This document shows, one piece after another, positions 10,780 to 23,710 of a DNA stretch of 64,000 bases. Position 1 is the first letter of the stretch, and each line of letters starts with the position of its first letter. The notes beneath the pieces are model-generated. The model made no database searches and was not told where the DNA came from. It was given only the letters and a program-made list of their open reading frames with translations. Source of the DNA: Camelus dromedarius (lineage: Eukaryota); contig NC_087438.1 in assembly GCF_036321535.1 (NCBI RefSeq), forward strand, positions 2,234,001 to 2,298,000, written 5' to 3'. The translations under genes were made by a program, and so were the position numbers.

Positions 10780-12290
10780 GAGGGGGCTGAAAACGATATT
10801 GTCCTTTCTCGGCAGAAAGGTGCTTCCTTCTCCTCCTCACCATGACTGTCACAGTAATCTGATATGACAAATTCACAGACACTGGATTAGCAGCCGGTGG
10901 AGAAAGACGAAGCGGTTAATATTTGTTGATGTTACTTTTATCTGGCTGGTTTGTGTCCCTGGGCTGTGGTTACCTTGGCAATGCGGATTTAACCATTTTC
11001 TGAAGCTGTTAAAAATGCCAGGAGATTCTCTCTTCAAAATTCCAGGGCCTGCGGGCTGCTTGTCATTTTGTATGCTGTCAAAATCCTTGATGTTCCCGGA
11101 CTCTTGATGTCAGGCTGTGAAAAATGCTTAGCTCAATTTAAGCCTCTCGCAAAAAAGGACTAACAACTGTAATTAAATCATTAAATTCTTGTCTACGCTT
11201 CACAGAGCATAGAGAAAATTAACTTCCCACCAACCTCATTTTCTACTTGAACATGAAATAATGATTTTTTGCTCATATAATTACAAAGCTAACAGCTGAT
11301 AGAGTCGGCATCCAGGGGGGATTATCGCGGGCCCGAGCATTAGACCTCATTACCAGCTTGACTGCAAAATTATTACATCTTGTAATTGGATGGTGAGATT
11401 TATATACAGATTGGCCGGGTTTCTGTAAGATTGTAATTACAAGCTTCATTGGTTTGCTACTTATCGGAACTTCACAGAGAAAACAACTGGTAAAATGAAA
11501 TGAGCATTTCATTAACCTATCGCCTTATCATGGGAAAACCTGTGTAACAGGCGTGTATGCATTAACATAAATAGGATCATTCATTGCTATGCCGGAGAGG
11601 CCGGCGTCTGTGTGCCTGCGTGTGCGTGTGGAAGGGAGGTGTGTCCTGACCATCCATCCTTGTTCAGTTTATTTAACCTTCAAAATCCGAGCTGATGGAA
11701 AAAATAATAAAGTAGTTATCTCTCTTACAAGGATGAACACACTATATCTATTACTTAAAGGCTAACTGACTGTGAAAAGTGCTCGTTTCATGAGAGGCGA
11801 GCGCTATGATTCTTCGCGAGCACAGAGGTGCTGCTCTGATGTTCCTTTCAATGTTAACAAAATCTCTGGCCTTGTTCCCTGCTCAGATACAACGGCGGCT
11901 GGAGATTGGATGCCGGCGTAAATAACCTCCTCACTCGGTGACATACCGGATCGATCCGGGGTCTTGATTTGATAGGCGCTCACACAAAGGAAAGGAGTCA
12001 GAGCCGGCGAGGCAGCGGGAGAAGGGGAGGCCGAGAGGCAGAGGGGAGTGCGAGGGGGAACGTAAAATTGTTCAATCACACAGCAAACACTATTTTTCTT
12101 TCTTTAACGAGAGATTTCATGGTGTGGTCGATGCTTGGCAGGTCCAGCTGAGTGCCACTAACGTCAGTGTTACCCTCCTCCAATCGGCGGCCCGGCTGTA
12201 ATGGAGCTGTTATTGAACTTCATTGTCTGGATTGGGTTTTCAGCTGGGATCAATGCTGTTTTAACATGAGGCTGATAAAAGGCAGGGTGG
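10780..12290. promoter_or_regulatory. Putative conserved non-coding enhancer block
   Basis: No recognisable repeat and no ORF; AT-rich in a GC-rich background. Dense TAAT/ATTA, TGTCA/TGACA, GGATTA, CCAAT/ATTGG and ACAAAG motifs. Conservation is inferred, not measured. Confidence 0.55.
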
Positions 12291-13762
12291 AGACCTGGGG
12301 CCCCCGGACCTTTCTAGACCGACACCTGGCATTAGGGCGGCCCGCTCACGCCCCTCGGTCGTCCGTACGTCGACATCTTCACCCCCAGCTCTGCTTTCCA
12401 AGCCCTACCCCCCAGATGCGGGGAAAAATTGCATTTATAATCCGAATGAGGCAGACCCATTCTCACACCCAGCACCTAAAAGGCGTGATTAACCGTCCAG
12501 GTAGCAGGCAGAGAAACAGGAGGCGAAAATGTTCATCGCACTTTTCAGAATCCCTTTCGCTTCAAAATGACTCCCGTCTACATGGAATCTTGAAAAGGTA
12601 TGAGACAACTTTCCTGAATTTTTGGTTACTTCCAATCTTTCAGTTTTTTTTTTTTCTCCTTAAACACAGAGCACATTTGACTGTAGAGATGAACACACTT
12701 CGCTGTGATGCACAGAGCATGGGGTTCCTGTTCGCCATGAAGATTAGGACGCATGATGTCATTAAAATGCAAGAGAAAAATTAGGCTGTAAAGCAAATGG
12801 AAGTGTAGCGCTCAGCAGGAAGGGGGAGCCGAGCCGCCGGAGGCGCCAGCGTGTGATGAGTGTGCGTGTCAGTGTGTTGATCTCCTCGCTGAAGGAATTT
12901 TCTATTTCCCGTCGACTTTTGCACAGACTTGAGGCGAGCTTCCACCGCACGTCTGAGGGGAGCAGGGGTCGGACGTGGCCCCGCGTCCCCACCAGCACAG
13001 GTGGTGCTTCAGCCAGGCAGCACACAGGCCCGCCTTTCGCGTCTGTAACGCGCAGGCTGTGACTTCGGCTGCGTGAGGAACACGAAGGTGGGCCCGTGGC
13101 CACCGAGAAGCAGCGAAGACCAGCTCTGAGGACGGGCTTTGGGGAGAAGTGCTGCGAAACTCTGAGAAGAAGGGCGGATGAGAGGCCTGGGCGCGGGAGC
13201 GGATCGTCGCTCTTCTCCGTCACTGGTTTGACTTCAACCACTCGTGATTCAGGAAGGAACGAAAGAATAGTAGGGCAACTCCAGGGGTGTTGGGAGGTGG
13301 CTTTTGCTTTTGTGATCGTCGGCAATCCGAAGTGAGTGAAAAAGTGAGGCCCTGAAAGTGAAAAGGGAGAAAATACGTGATTCCTATTTCAAAATAATGA
13401 GGGATTTGGAAAGAGGTTCTAGAAGGTGGTGGGGGAGATTTGAAGCTTAGTGGGACGTGCACCTGTCACCTGAAGTCCAGCCACATGCCCCCACGCTCCC
13501 CCGACACATAAAATCCAGACCCATCGTCCTCAACTGGGATGGAGGTCAACTCCGCCTCCTCCTGGCTGCCGCGTGCAGGTCGGCTGGAGACACACGCCCG
13601 TCACCTGACCCTGCTCCACCCGCCCGGAGTCCCCCGGGTCGTGGGGGGGTTGAGCCGTGGGTTGCCACACCCAGACAGAGAGCCTGCCTTCCTAGGTGTG
13701 CTTCATAAGACCAGCACGGGGTTTGTGCTTCGGGATCAGAGAGCCTTGACCTTAACCTTGAG

Positions 13763-13970
13763 TTTTTTATTATTAAAGTGTAGTTGAGGTGCAGTGCTAT
13801 GTTAGCGCCTGCATCCAGCAAAGTGATTCAGTTGCATACATACATACACGTCTCCTTTTTCAGGTGCTTTTCCGTCACAGGCCATTACAAGGCACTGAGT
13901 GTAGTTCCCTGTGCTGCGTGGAAGGGCCTGGTGGCTTATCTAGTCCATACGCAGTAGTGTGTCTCTGCTC
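13763..13970 (-). mobile_element. L1 3' end fragment (artiodactyl-type), GC-shifted
   Basis: 'aaagtgtagttgaggtgcagtgctatgttag...agcaaagtgattcagtt...gttccctgtgctg...ttatctagt' matches the reverse complement of the L1 3' UTR at 47.7-47.9 kb. Confidence 0.8.
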
Positions 13971-15600
13971 CGTTTACGGCCGCAGCACTGCTGGGAGATA
14001 CAGAGCAGGGGGGACGCATTTCTAGGTGAGAAGGATGAAGCCCAGGAGGTGGGACAGTGGTCAGCTCAGGGCAGAATGAGCCCCAGGACACAGCCTTTGC
14101 TTGCTCAGGCCTGATTTGTTTTGTTTTGTTCAATTCAATTCAGATGTCAATCCTAATTTACATTTAGATGTAAAGTTTGCAAAGAGCAGAAGAAAGAAAA
14201 GTACTTATTAAGAAACACAAGAGACATGGACTCATTCATGTTTAAAAAGAAACTGAGCACCATTCAAAGGTGGAGGGTGGACCGGCCCCAGCCGGCTCCA
14301 GCCGCGGGTGGATGGAGTGAGTCCCACCCGCCTGCCCCCGGCAGGCAGGCAGGGGCCCTTTCTTGCAAGACCACCCCTGCGGTGCCCAGGAGCCAGAGTG
14401 CGACTGGCCCGAAGGGCAAACAGTGTTTTAAAAGGAGGTCAAGAAAAGGTAAATTCTGCTCAGTGGATCAAAGTGGTCCCTGAGTGTGTGGACAGGAAAT
14501 GGAGAGGCGGTGGAGGAGGAAAGGGTGTGTCCTCCACCTGAGAAGCATGAGCAGGACCAAGAGGAGAGGCTGCGATGAGGGGATGAAGAAAAAGACGGGA
14601 AAGCACAGAAGAGCACAAAGATGAGCATGAGAAGGAGCCTTGGCCGTTCTCCACTTTCCAGCGGAGCAGCCTTTTTAGGACTTGGGCAAGGCCAGGCGGG
14701 AGAGACACCGGCTGCACCGTCCATCCCTCGCTGGGAAGTGTAGGCAGCGGCGGTCAGTCGCTGACACGGGGTGCAGACCTCAGTCAGTCAGGTGCAGCCT
14801 CGAGGTGCTCCGCTGGAGGACCCGTACAGATGGTCCTTCTCTGCTCATCCATGCATCGCTCGTCCATCCATCGCTCATCCATCAGCACTGACCTTTCAGC
14901 ACGAGGGCACTGCTGTTATGATGTCAAGAACCCAGGAAGCTAGAACCTCTTCCTCCTCCATCTGGGAAGAAACGTGAACCCACATGGCACTCCTGCGGAA
15001 ACAAGACTGAGTTAAAGTGCTCGGGACGGGAGGAAGGGACGGGCAGGGGAAGGAAGGCACTGCCGTCTGGAGCACCGCAGGGCACCCCAGCTGGGAGTCA
15101 GGTGCTGGCTGGGAAGCTGACCCTGGCTGTCAAACTCTGAGAGCCTTGGGCTTCACCTCTTCTTCCAGACGGTGAGCGTCTGCAAGGCTGCTGGCGCCCA
15201 GAGCTATTTCTGGGTGGCTTTGCACTTTCTCACAGCCTTACGTTTTAAGGTTTCTGAAATCCAGTGTTTCAGAGCTCTGAATTCAGAAATTACCTCTCCT
15301 GTTGTAACTTGTACAAACTCAGCTCCTGGGACAAGACTAGGGTCCAAATTCCAGGTTTTTTTCTTCACGTGGATAAGATTGCAAGTACTCTGGCATGTAT
15401 CGTCCTTCCTCAAAGGGATCCCATCCTGCGCCCCGTTAAGTAAAGATGCACTGAGTCTACTCATTAGGGCTCTTCCTCCCACGGTGAGGTCGAGATCTGG
15501 AGGCCCAGGTCCCCCTCAGCCTCGCTGCCCGCCCCCTCTCCCCTACATCTCCTTCGTAGGCATCTCTGATTTCAAAGCGAGCGCCACTCATCAAAGGAGG

Positions 15601-15863
15601 GAGTGTTAGCCACTATATATACAAATACATTTTAAAATAGTTTCTTCTGTACAGCACAGGGAACTATGTTCAATATTTTGTAATAACTTTTAATGGAAAA
15701 AATATGAAAATGAATATATGTATGTATATATATGCATGACTGGGACACTGTGCTGTGCACCAGAAATCAATACATTGTAACTGAATGTACTTCAGTTAAA
15801 AAAAAGAAATACAAACAAAAATGAAAGTAGCAAGGATTAAATTATAAACTTCAAAAAAAATAA
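15601..15863 (+). mobile_element. 5'-truncated young L1 3' end with A-rich tail
   Basis: 'ttcttctgtacagcacagggaactatgttcaatatt...gactgggacactgtgctgtgcaccagaaatcaatacattgtaactgaatgtacttcagttaaaaaaa'. Confidence 0.88.
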
Positions 15864-17922
15864 ACAGAAGTGGGGTAGGGACATGGCCCAGAGCAGCTAA
15901 GGACGCGGGACCCTCTGAACCTCTTCTGTCAGGACCACAGACCCTCAGTCTCACATGTCCCCCTGTAAGTTTCTCCCATATGAATGGATAATGGAGAAAA
16001 ATGATTCAAATATCCCTTGGGGAGAAAGGGGCACAGACGTGTGTCCTGGTTATTGGGTGGTGAAGGCACGGCCGTGTTCCCCGGGTCCTGCCTGGGTGTA
16101 GCGTCCTGTCCTGCCGTCTGTGCTGGGTGAGTAGCCCCTGTGTCCCCATGGCTCCTAGAAGTACAGGATCGCGCGCTGTCGTCTGGCTGGTAGATGGCCA
16201 AGGGGGGCCGTGTCCATGTTTCCTCCCTGAATCCAAATTAGCCTCGCAGCTGGAGAGGCATCAGGGGCTGATAATGGCCTAGCAACCTCCAGCACTAGCA
16301 GAGATGACCTCGGCACAGTGACCGGAATACACAATGCGGCGTCCTCGGCTCCGGAGCTGGGCCTGCCTCCCGCGTGCCGCCACGGGCATTCGGAGCCGCC
16401 CTGAAGGGAAGATGTCCTCAAATGAAAAGAAGGAGGGCTGCGCCACGCCACCTCTGAGGCACGGCAGCCGACCCTCCTCCCGCCCCTGGGAAAGCACATT
16501 TATAGGAAGCCGGAAGTAATGGCCAGCCTTGCTCTTAGGCTGTTCATTAGAGGAGGAGCTGTGCATTCATCCGTCCCTCCGCGTGGTTTACAGCCACACT
16601 GCCTTGTCTGCGCGCCACTGACGCCCGGGGGACGAGGCCTGGACCGTCGGAGCTCGAGGTTAGCCGGAGCCCCCCTCCACCCCTGCTGAACCAGCGCCGG
16701 CATTTCCTTTCTGTGCTGTTTCTTTACTCAAAGTCCACACGTTCGGGGGTTCCTCAGATCCCATTCAGTGAACACGGGCTGGGCGTCTACCCAGTGCCCT
16801 GGGCTGGGGTCGCAGGGACCTGTGGGGAGCCCCGCCCCCCAGCCAGAGAAGGACACAGGGACCCGGAGGGTGGTGCGGGGAGGCAGGAAGCTGATGGAGG
16901 GACCCTCTGCGAGGGTGTGCCGGATGCCCTGCGGCCCCACCGCTGGCCTCGGAAGGTCTCCTGCTCCGGGTTCAGACGGGCGTTTCCTTCCCCAAGGAAC
17001 TAACAGCAGTGGGTCTGTCTCAGCCTCAGAAGCCAGCAGCAGATGTTCTGGTCTTAAACAAGTGAAATCGTGGAAGATGCCAGTTGCATGTAGACCTTCC
17101 AGCCACTGAGATCTGAGCCCGGGCGCTGGAAAGGGAGAAAGCCCCTCCCAGCCCATCTGGGCGGTAAGACCCTGTGACCCACCAGCAGGGCCGACCCCAT
17201 GGATCTGAGGGTCTTCGACTCAGAGAAACACACAACATGAAATAAACCCTTAAAAGGGGGTCTTCTCTCACTGAGAGCTCAGACCTAAGGCTGGACAGTG
17301 GCGGTGCTTTGGGAAACAAAACAATCAGAGAAGAAATTAATTGTGCTTTTGCATAAATTGCTATTTTCAAAGGCAGCTTATGGTTTCTATACACAAAGCA
17401 ATGATACTGACACATAAAAGATCTACTGATTTTAATTTCATCATGAAAAACATATGAGTGCAAAATCTTCTTGTGACATGCAAACATATTTTACCCACAA
17501 GGAGCAGACAACTGTGTGTGGGGCCAGCGTTCGGCCTGGGAGCAGAGGCGTCTAGTCAGGATGGACGCCCGGCTGCCACGGGTCCTGTGTGTGTGCGCGT
17601 GTGTGTGTATGTGCCATGACCCTGCACCTGCTGGGGCGTCACGATGACATAAGGTTATCAGATGCCCTGGGGAGGCCAGCAGCCTCTCGAGGAGGGGAGC
17701 TCCGATTTCCTGAGATATCGAAAGGTATTCAGCTGCTGTGATCACTTCTCCGTGTTGGGATTCTCATAAACGGAGGGTCAGCCCTGAGCTCTCAGTGAAC
17801 ACCGGTGGGGGTGGGGGCAGGTGGGGGCACCTGGATGCGCTCCCTGGATTCCTCTCTGCTGCTCTGGCTCTGAGGGAAGAGCCACCCAGGGCTGGGGTAA
17901 GAGGAGGATCTCCGCTGATTAA

Positions 17923-18096
17923 ACATGCACACACACACATGCATCCATGAGTACGAGCACACGTGTGCACACATGCACACCAACACAGATGTTCAACATG
18001 TGCACATGTGGGCTGCCACACCTGTGCACTCACACATGTACACCCACACACGTGTGCAGACCTGCACACACTCACAGGCACAGCTGTGCACACACG
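17923..18096. repeat. CA/TG alternating purine-pyrimidine low-complexity tract
   Basis: Degenerate cacacatgtgcac repeats; a similar (GT/GC) tract lies at 18594-18637. Confidence 0.85.
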
Positions 18097-20189
18097 GAAA
18101 AGTGAAGCGGCAGCAGGGTCTGGTGTCATGTGTACAGTGGTGAGGTGCCGCACGAGGCCCCTGGGAACCGTTTGTGTCCTTCGCGGTCACCGAGGCCAGC
18201 CCCAGCTCTTCAGCGACACTTGCCGTTCCTGATGGCCGGTGGGGGCACAGCCGCGCCTTTTCGAAAGTCAGGGTGACGAACCCGGCTCACACCCCAGAGG
18301 AACATGAGGTGTGCTGGTTCCCATGACAACCTGGGGTGCCCAAGCCACCTCCCGAGATGCAGAACCCCCGTTGGCTTGCCTGGAGGGGGAGGAGCAGGGG
18401 TGCTGTGCTTGGACAGACCAAGGGCTCCCTTTAAGGACTCACCTTCCAGTTATTGGGAATCCACCCCTGTGAACCAACGACAAAAACCACTGGTGCCATT
18501 GGTAAGAGGGTCAGAGCAGGACCGAGTTCCCAGGATCAGGAGTGGGACACCCCATCACAGACGGCAACTGCAGGAACAGACCGGTCCTGCAGGCATGTGT
18601 GCACGTGTGTGCGTGTGCACGTGTGTGCGTGTGCGCGCTGAGTCCACAGGACCCCTCCGAGCCGACAGCGAGCGTGCCCGAAGGTGCGGGTCCCCTGGGC
18701 TGAGAGCCGTAGCTCCGGCCTCAGTGAGAGGAGGGGGCGTGTTTCTTGCTTTCACTAACGTCACCGGAAGGAAAGGGGACCCACAGTCCAGAGGGTGCTG
18801 GGACCCGGCCCTGCTCCCCGGCAGCAATGTGCCGACCGGCAGACCCCAAGGAGGCAGGCCCACTGGCAGATGGCCTGGGGGAGCTGTGGTTTGGACCAGG
18901 TCTAGGAGAGGAATAGGATTTGGCAGCTGGAGAGACAGGAAGGAAAGCCCAGAAGGAGAAGTAGCCCCCAGTCACTGGTTTCACCCCGCATGAGCTCCAG
19001 CCCGGCCCCGCCCCGGCCCCCAACGCAGCTCTGCCGGCTGCTGAGCCAGTCCCAGGTGTTAGCCTCCCTCCACTAGCATACAACTCAGCGCAGCCTAAAG
19101 GCCAGAAAACAGGTGCTTTAAAATCCTACCCAGAAATGGGACGGAATGTGCCGAGAAGGTCTTGGGAAAGGGTGGAGCTGGGGAGCTCGGATGCAGAGCT
19201 TCCAGAAGTAGGAAAAACACAGAACAAGCGGAAATGAGGAGGAAGTAGCAGGAGTGGAGGCCAGGGCGTGCCTTGTGAGGAGACACCACGAAGACCTCCA
19301 GCCTCGGTTCTAAGCTCCTCTTGGCTCAGACGGCGCCCGCCCACCCCGCCCACAGCCCACAACAGGCCCGGCCTGCCTCCCTTCGGGAGTCCTCCCCCCA
19401 GCGCCCGCCTCCTCCCCGCCTTCCTCTGGGCGCCTTCCTCCGTGAGGGCTCGCGTCACGGCGCAGGCGCGTGGCGTCCGTCACCCGTGCCGCTCTGGCTG
19501 TTTCATGGGGGGCTGCTGCTCGTCCTCCCAGCTTTGAGGCCGGGAGGTCTGTCGCATCCACCCGCGCAGCTGGCATAGCGCTGGGCTGACGGCACTGCGC
19601 CAGTGGACGTGGCCGGGGACGCCTCTAGCTTTGGGTCTCCCTGTTCAGTTACGTGACGGAGACCCTCCGTCTCAGCGCGTGGGCTGGGCTCCCATTTACT
19701 TGCTTAGGTAATGCGCTCCCCTCTGCTCTGTGGGTTCTCGTCTGCTCTCCCCATGCTGCCTGGCAGCCCAGCCGCGCCTGCTGGGCAGACGGAGTCGACA
19801 GAGGGCGGGCACCACGCCTTCGGGGGCCGCTGCAGAGGGGCCTGGGGAGCCTGTGCAGAGAGACAGACCCCTCACAGCAGGTGAAGCCCCCTCCCCCAGG
19901 AAGAGCCCCTGGTGCTTGGGGCACGGGTGCTTCTGCAGGACTGACTTATCAAGGCCCCATCAGAGCCCCTCCTGGTGGCATGTCTGTCACTCGCCCCGCG
20001 GTCCCCAGCATGCCGATGTTCTTAAAGCTTATTATTCAATATGCACCTTGGACTTCATCTCTGTTTTCCACTCATTTGGGTAGGGCATGGTGAGACGTCC
20101 ACATTCTTGGGGAAAAGCCAGCCTGAGTTTGCAAAAATGGGAGAGTCTAATTTGATACAGGTCAGATGCCACTTTGGTGAGGATTCAAG

Positions 20190-20380
20190 CTTCAGAATCC
20201 AGCCGATGTGAGTTGGGAATGTGGCTCCAGCTTCCGCTGGCTGTGAGGACTTGGCCAAATACCACCTTCTCATAACCTAGGCATTCTCACCTGTAGTGGA
20301 AATGGCTGCGGTGCCTGCCGCATGGCGTCCTCGTACCAATTTAACATGATGTGCGCAGGTGAGAAGTTGTTAGCGCCTCC
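20190..20380 (+). mobile_element. MIR SINE remnant
   Basis: 'ccagcttccgctggctgtgaggacttggccaaat...ttctcacctgtagtggaaatg' follows the MIR core order. Confidence 0.55.
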
Positions 20381-20733
20381 CCAGTCCCGCTCAAAGTTAC
20401 CAGCACCCAGAGTTCTTATGACTAGATCACCAGTATCTAAGGTCTTCAAACAGGAGCTCCACGTACATGAGATTATTAACATTTGTATTTGTTAATATTT
20501 GCATTCAGAAGCTTCAGGTGCACATCAAGTCCACACTGAGATTCTTGGGAAAATATGCTTTCTAATCGAACTTCGTGTTTCTATAAAACTTCGTGTGTAA
20601 CCTGCGTACTGTTTTATGGGAACCTCATAATCTGCCCCGTGAGTTGTTTATTTTATTTCATCTCTTAATGAGGAAGCCAGATGGAGGGAGATGAACTGAT
20701 GCTGGGAACTCTGGCTCCAGGATCCCCTACACT

Positions 20734-21183
20734 TGGATTAGTCAGTGTTCTCCAGAGAAGCAGAATTAATGGGTCCAATATACACAAATAAATCCCAACA
20801 GAGTATATTTATCTCACAGAAATATATGTCACATAAAGAGCAGCTTCTGTGGTTATGGAGCTGGACACCAGGAGAGGTCGGGGGGAGCTCTGAGAACCAG
20901 AAGGAGGATGGTGCAAGCCCCAGCCAAGAACAGGAGGTCAGCGTCCCAGCTCGGCAGTCGGGCAGAGGACAGCCCTGCTGTAGCCCCATCTTTTTTCTCT
21001 CCAGGCCCTCGTGGACCGGCGGAGGCCACCCACACCATGGAGGGCCCCCTGCTCTGCTCAGGCCGCAGGGCCACATGCTCGTCTGATTCAGAAACACGCC
21101 CACAGACACTCCCAGGACTGTCCTGAGCCACAGCATCCGGGCCCCGGACTCCAGTCCAGTTGGCCCACAAGGTTCACAATCGT
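20734..21183 (-). mobile_element. ERVL LTR, MLT2-like
   Basis: 'tggattagtcagtgttctccagagaagcagaa' at one end and 'tcagaaacacgcccacagacactcccagg...ccagtccagttggcccacaaggttcacaatc' at the other match the MLT2 termini. Confidence 0.75.
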
Positions 21184-23645
21184 GCTGCGTCCCAGGAAGA
21201 TGATGAAACATTCTCGGCAACTGTTTTATCTGGAAGTGTCTCCACAGTGGTTCAAAAGCAAACTTCAGGGCACCCCAGTCTCACGCTGATGCACTGAGCC
21301 CCTTAGAGTGAAGAGAAGCTCACGCAACCTCGCACAAGGCAGCCTCCTGTCCCCGCCGACGGCACCCCGGCGGGCCCGGGACGACCTTGCTCAGGCCCGC
21401 GGCCCTCGAGCCTGCAGAAGGCCGTGTGGCCGACCCCTCGTGATGCCAAGCCTGCTCCTGATTCCACCTCGACCCCGTTAACCAAACAGGGAGCTGAGCC
21501 CGCAGCAGACGAGCGACTGGACGGTGGAGTAACCCCCGCCCACCAAGCATTACTCATTCGCTTGTCCTGTTGTCAAGTGTCACGGACGACACAGGGCTTT
21601 GTGATGTCTGAAACTGCCCACCTCACGGCCAGCAGCCTCCCCGATCACGGAGAAAACGGACCGGCCGTTGCTCCAAGACGGTAGCCTCTGATGAGACACA
21701 CCTCCGTGCTGCGCGTCACAGACGTCGCCCCCCATGCTGTGGCCGCCTTCTTCGGGGACCGATAAGTAGATTCCGTGTCATCGTCATGGATATGAGTTGC
21801 TTTCCTCCAACTCTTACCCAAGCAGGCACTGGCGCCGCTAGACTCCATGATCTTCCCGTCGCAAAGCCGCCCGACAACGTCAAGGCGCCAGGTCTGCGCT
21901 ATGGCTGGTTTAGTGATGTCTGTGGCTTGTGAGGCTGGAGGGGGAGTTTCGGAAACTATCTTTTTTTTCTTTTTGCCAAAAGCTACATGTCTTTCAGCAG
22001 TGGAATGTGATCCACGAAAGAAGTTTAACTTGGGGCTCTTTCTTCATGGTACGAACTCTGGGGTATTGTCTGTCCTGAATCCACCGGTTTGATTTAGCCG
22101 GATGCTCAGACGGCACGGTGGTCGGAGTCTGGGGGTGAGCGCTGTGAGCTGCTGAGAAGCGCGGCGGGACGCTGGGCTGCGCAGCCGTGTTGGGAAGCGT
22201 CTTCCTTCTTCCCCTTCAACGCCCCCTTTTCTCAGACTCCTTCCACACGCTGCACAAGTGACCACTGTCCTCTTCTGCGGAAGCAAACCCTGGCTGAACC
22301 ACCCTACCTGGCGCCCTTAATCCAGCTTCAGGACACGTCGAGTCACCCCCAGGACATAAGACTGCAGGTACCGCTTCCTAGCCCAGCGCTTCGGTGACCT
22401 TGCCATCTGCCACTCGGCAGACCTTCCATGCAGGGTCCCACGCTGCCTGTTAGCTGGTTGTCACCACCGGGGTGTCTGGAAGTTTCCACACTGCTTCTCT
22501 GCCGGTGTCTATATCCGAAATGGACCCCTCCTGCCGCACTCAGGGAGCACATGTCCCCGTGGGGCTGGGCGTCTTGGGACAGCCTCCCCGGGGCACACGT
22601 AACTGGCATGGGCTTCCTTCCAGGCTCACCGGTCCTGTACATGACAGACAAATTGACAATGTGAGGTGTAAAATTTCAGGAGATACATAGGGGTAAATTA
22701 TGTGCAGAGTGTGGACCAGTGTCCCGCCCCCTGGAGTCCTGTGGAATCTCAGAATTCACGGTGCCAGCTGCATCAACTGTGGGCGCCCTTGTGTTTACCC
22801 TGCACTGTTAAACGTTGCATATATAATGCACGTTTCTATAAGGCTGATTTTGAATGACAGCTTTTCAGAGTGGTTAATTTAAACAGCAAACAGTATTTGA
22901 AGAAGTAATTTGTAGCAGAGAACACCCACCTAAAGGGAAAATTGACTTTGTTGCACTTTGAACGTATGGTGTTGATTTTAAGATACAGGCTACAGCAAAA
23001 CTTGTTAGAAGCAGCATGTAACTATTCAAGACACACTTCACATGGGACAAGGTATTTGCTATGGAAAAGGGGGAGTGGGAAATCCAGTCTCCCCACAAAT
23101 GGAACCGTCATCCACGCACCTGCCCACCACCCTGGTGGAACCCCCAGCCCCTGACCCTGACCACTTCAGACCCACAGCCAACGCCCAGCTGTGTGAAAGG
23201 CATCACGTTTTAATTGTTGTTGTGTAGTTGTCCACGTGGCTGTATTTATAGTCTGCTTGGTTTGAGACAAGACCCCTGAGGGCTTAGAAAGATAATCTGT
23301 ACACTGTCCACATTTATACAGGTTGGAGCCGCGACTCTGTAATTAAACAGCCTGCCCTGAAGGGAGGGGCTTTTCACTCATACGAGTCCAAATCCACCTG
23401 CATCAACTGTGAGCAGCATCATGTTCCTCAAAACAGCCCAAATCACCCGGTCTGTACTGGTTCCCTCTCTACAGTCCAGCCCAGCCAAAGGCTTCCCAGT
23501 GTTAGAACCAGTGGTCCAGTGTTAGATGGACAGCCTCACCTCGTCCGGGGGCCGGCGCTGAGAAAACAGGTCCCTTTGACACCTGCTGGGGGTCCAACAG
23601 CTGCGCGGGCTGCACCGCCTTCCTCTTCACTCCCACTGCTCTCTG

Positions 23646-23710
23646 GTGGTTAACCTGCTGTCCAGTGGTTACCTGCTGTCCTGTGGTTAACCTGCTCTTC
23701 AGCTAACCTT
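23646..23710. repeat. Short tandem repeat, ~18-19 bp unit gtggtt(a)acctgctgtcc, ~3.5 copies
   Basis: Directly visible. Confidence 0.85.

Noticed and set aside
12152..12784. 210-aa ORF beside the enhancer-like block
   Set aside because: Non-ATG start, no recognisable protein features, and it crosses a T-run and compositionally different segments.
15160..15177. 3-nt micro-exon-like ccag|ACG|gtgagc
   Set aside because: Lies in MIR-like degenerate sequence with no supporting gene context.
20270..20482. Minus-strand exon-like ORF ending CAG|GTGAGA
   Set aside because: Overlaps a MIR remnant, which explains the motif; no good acceptor.
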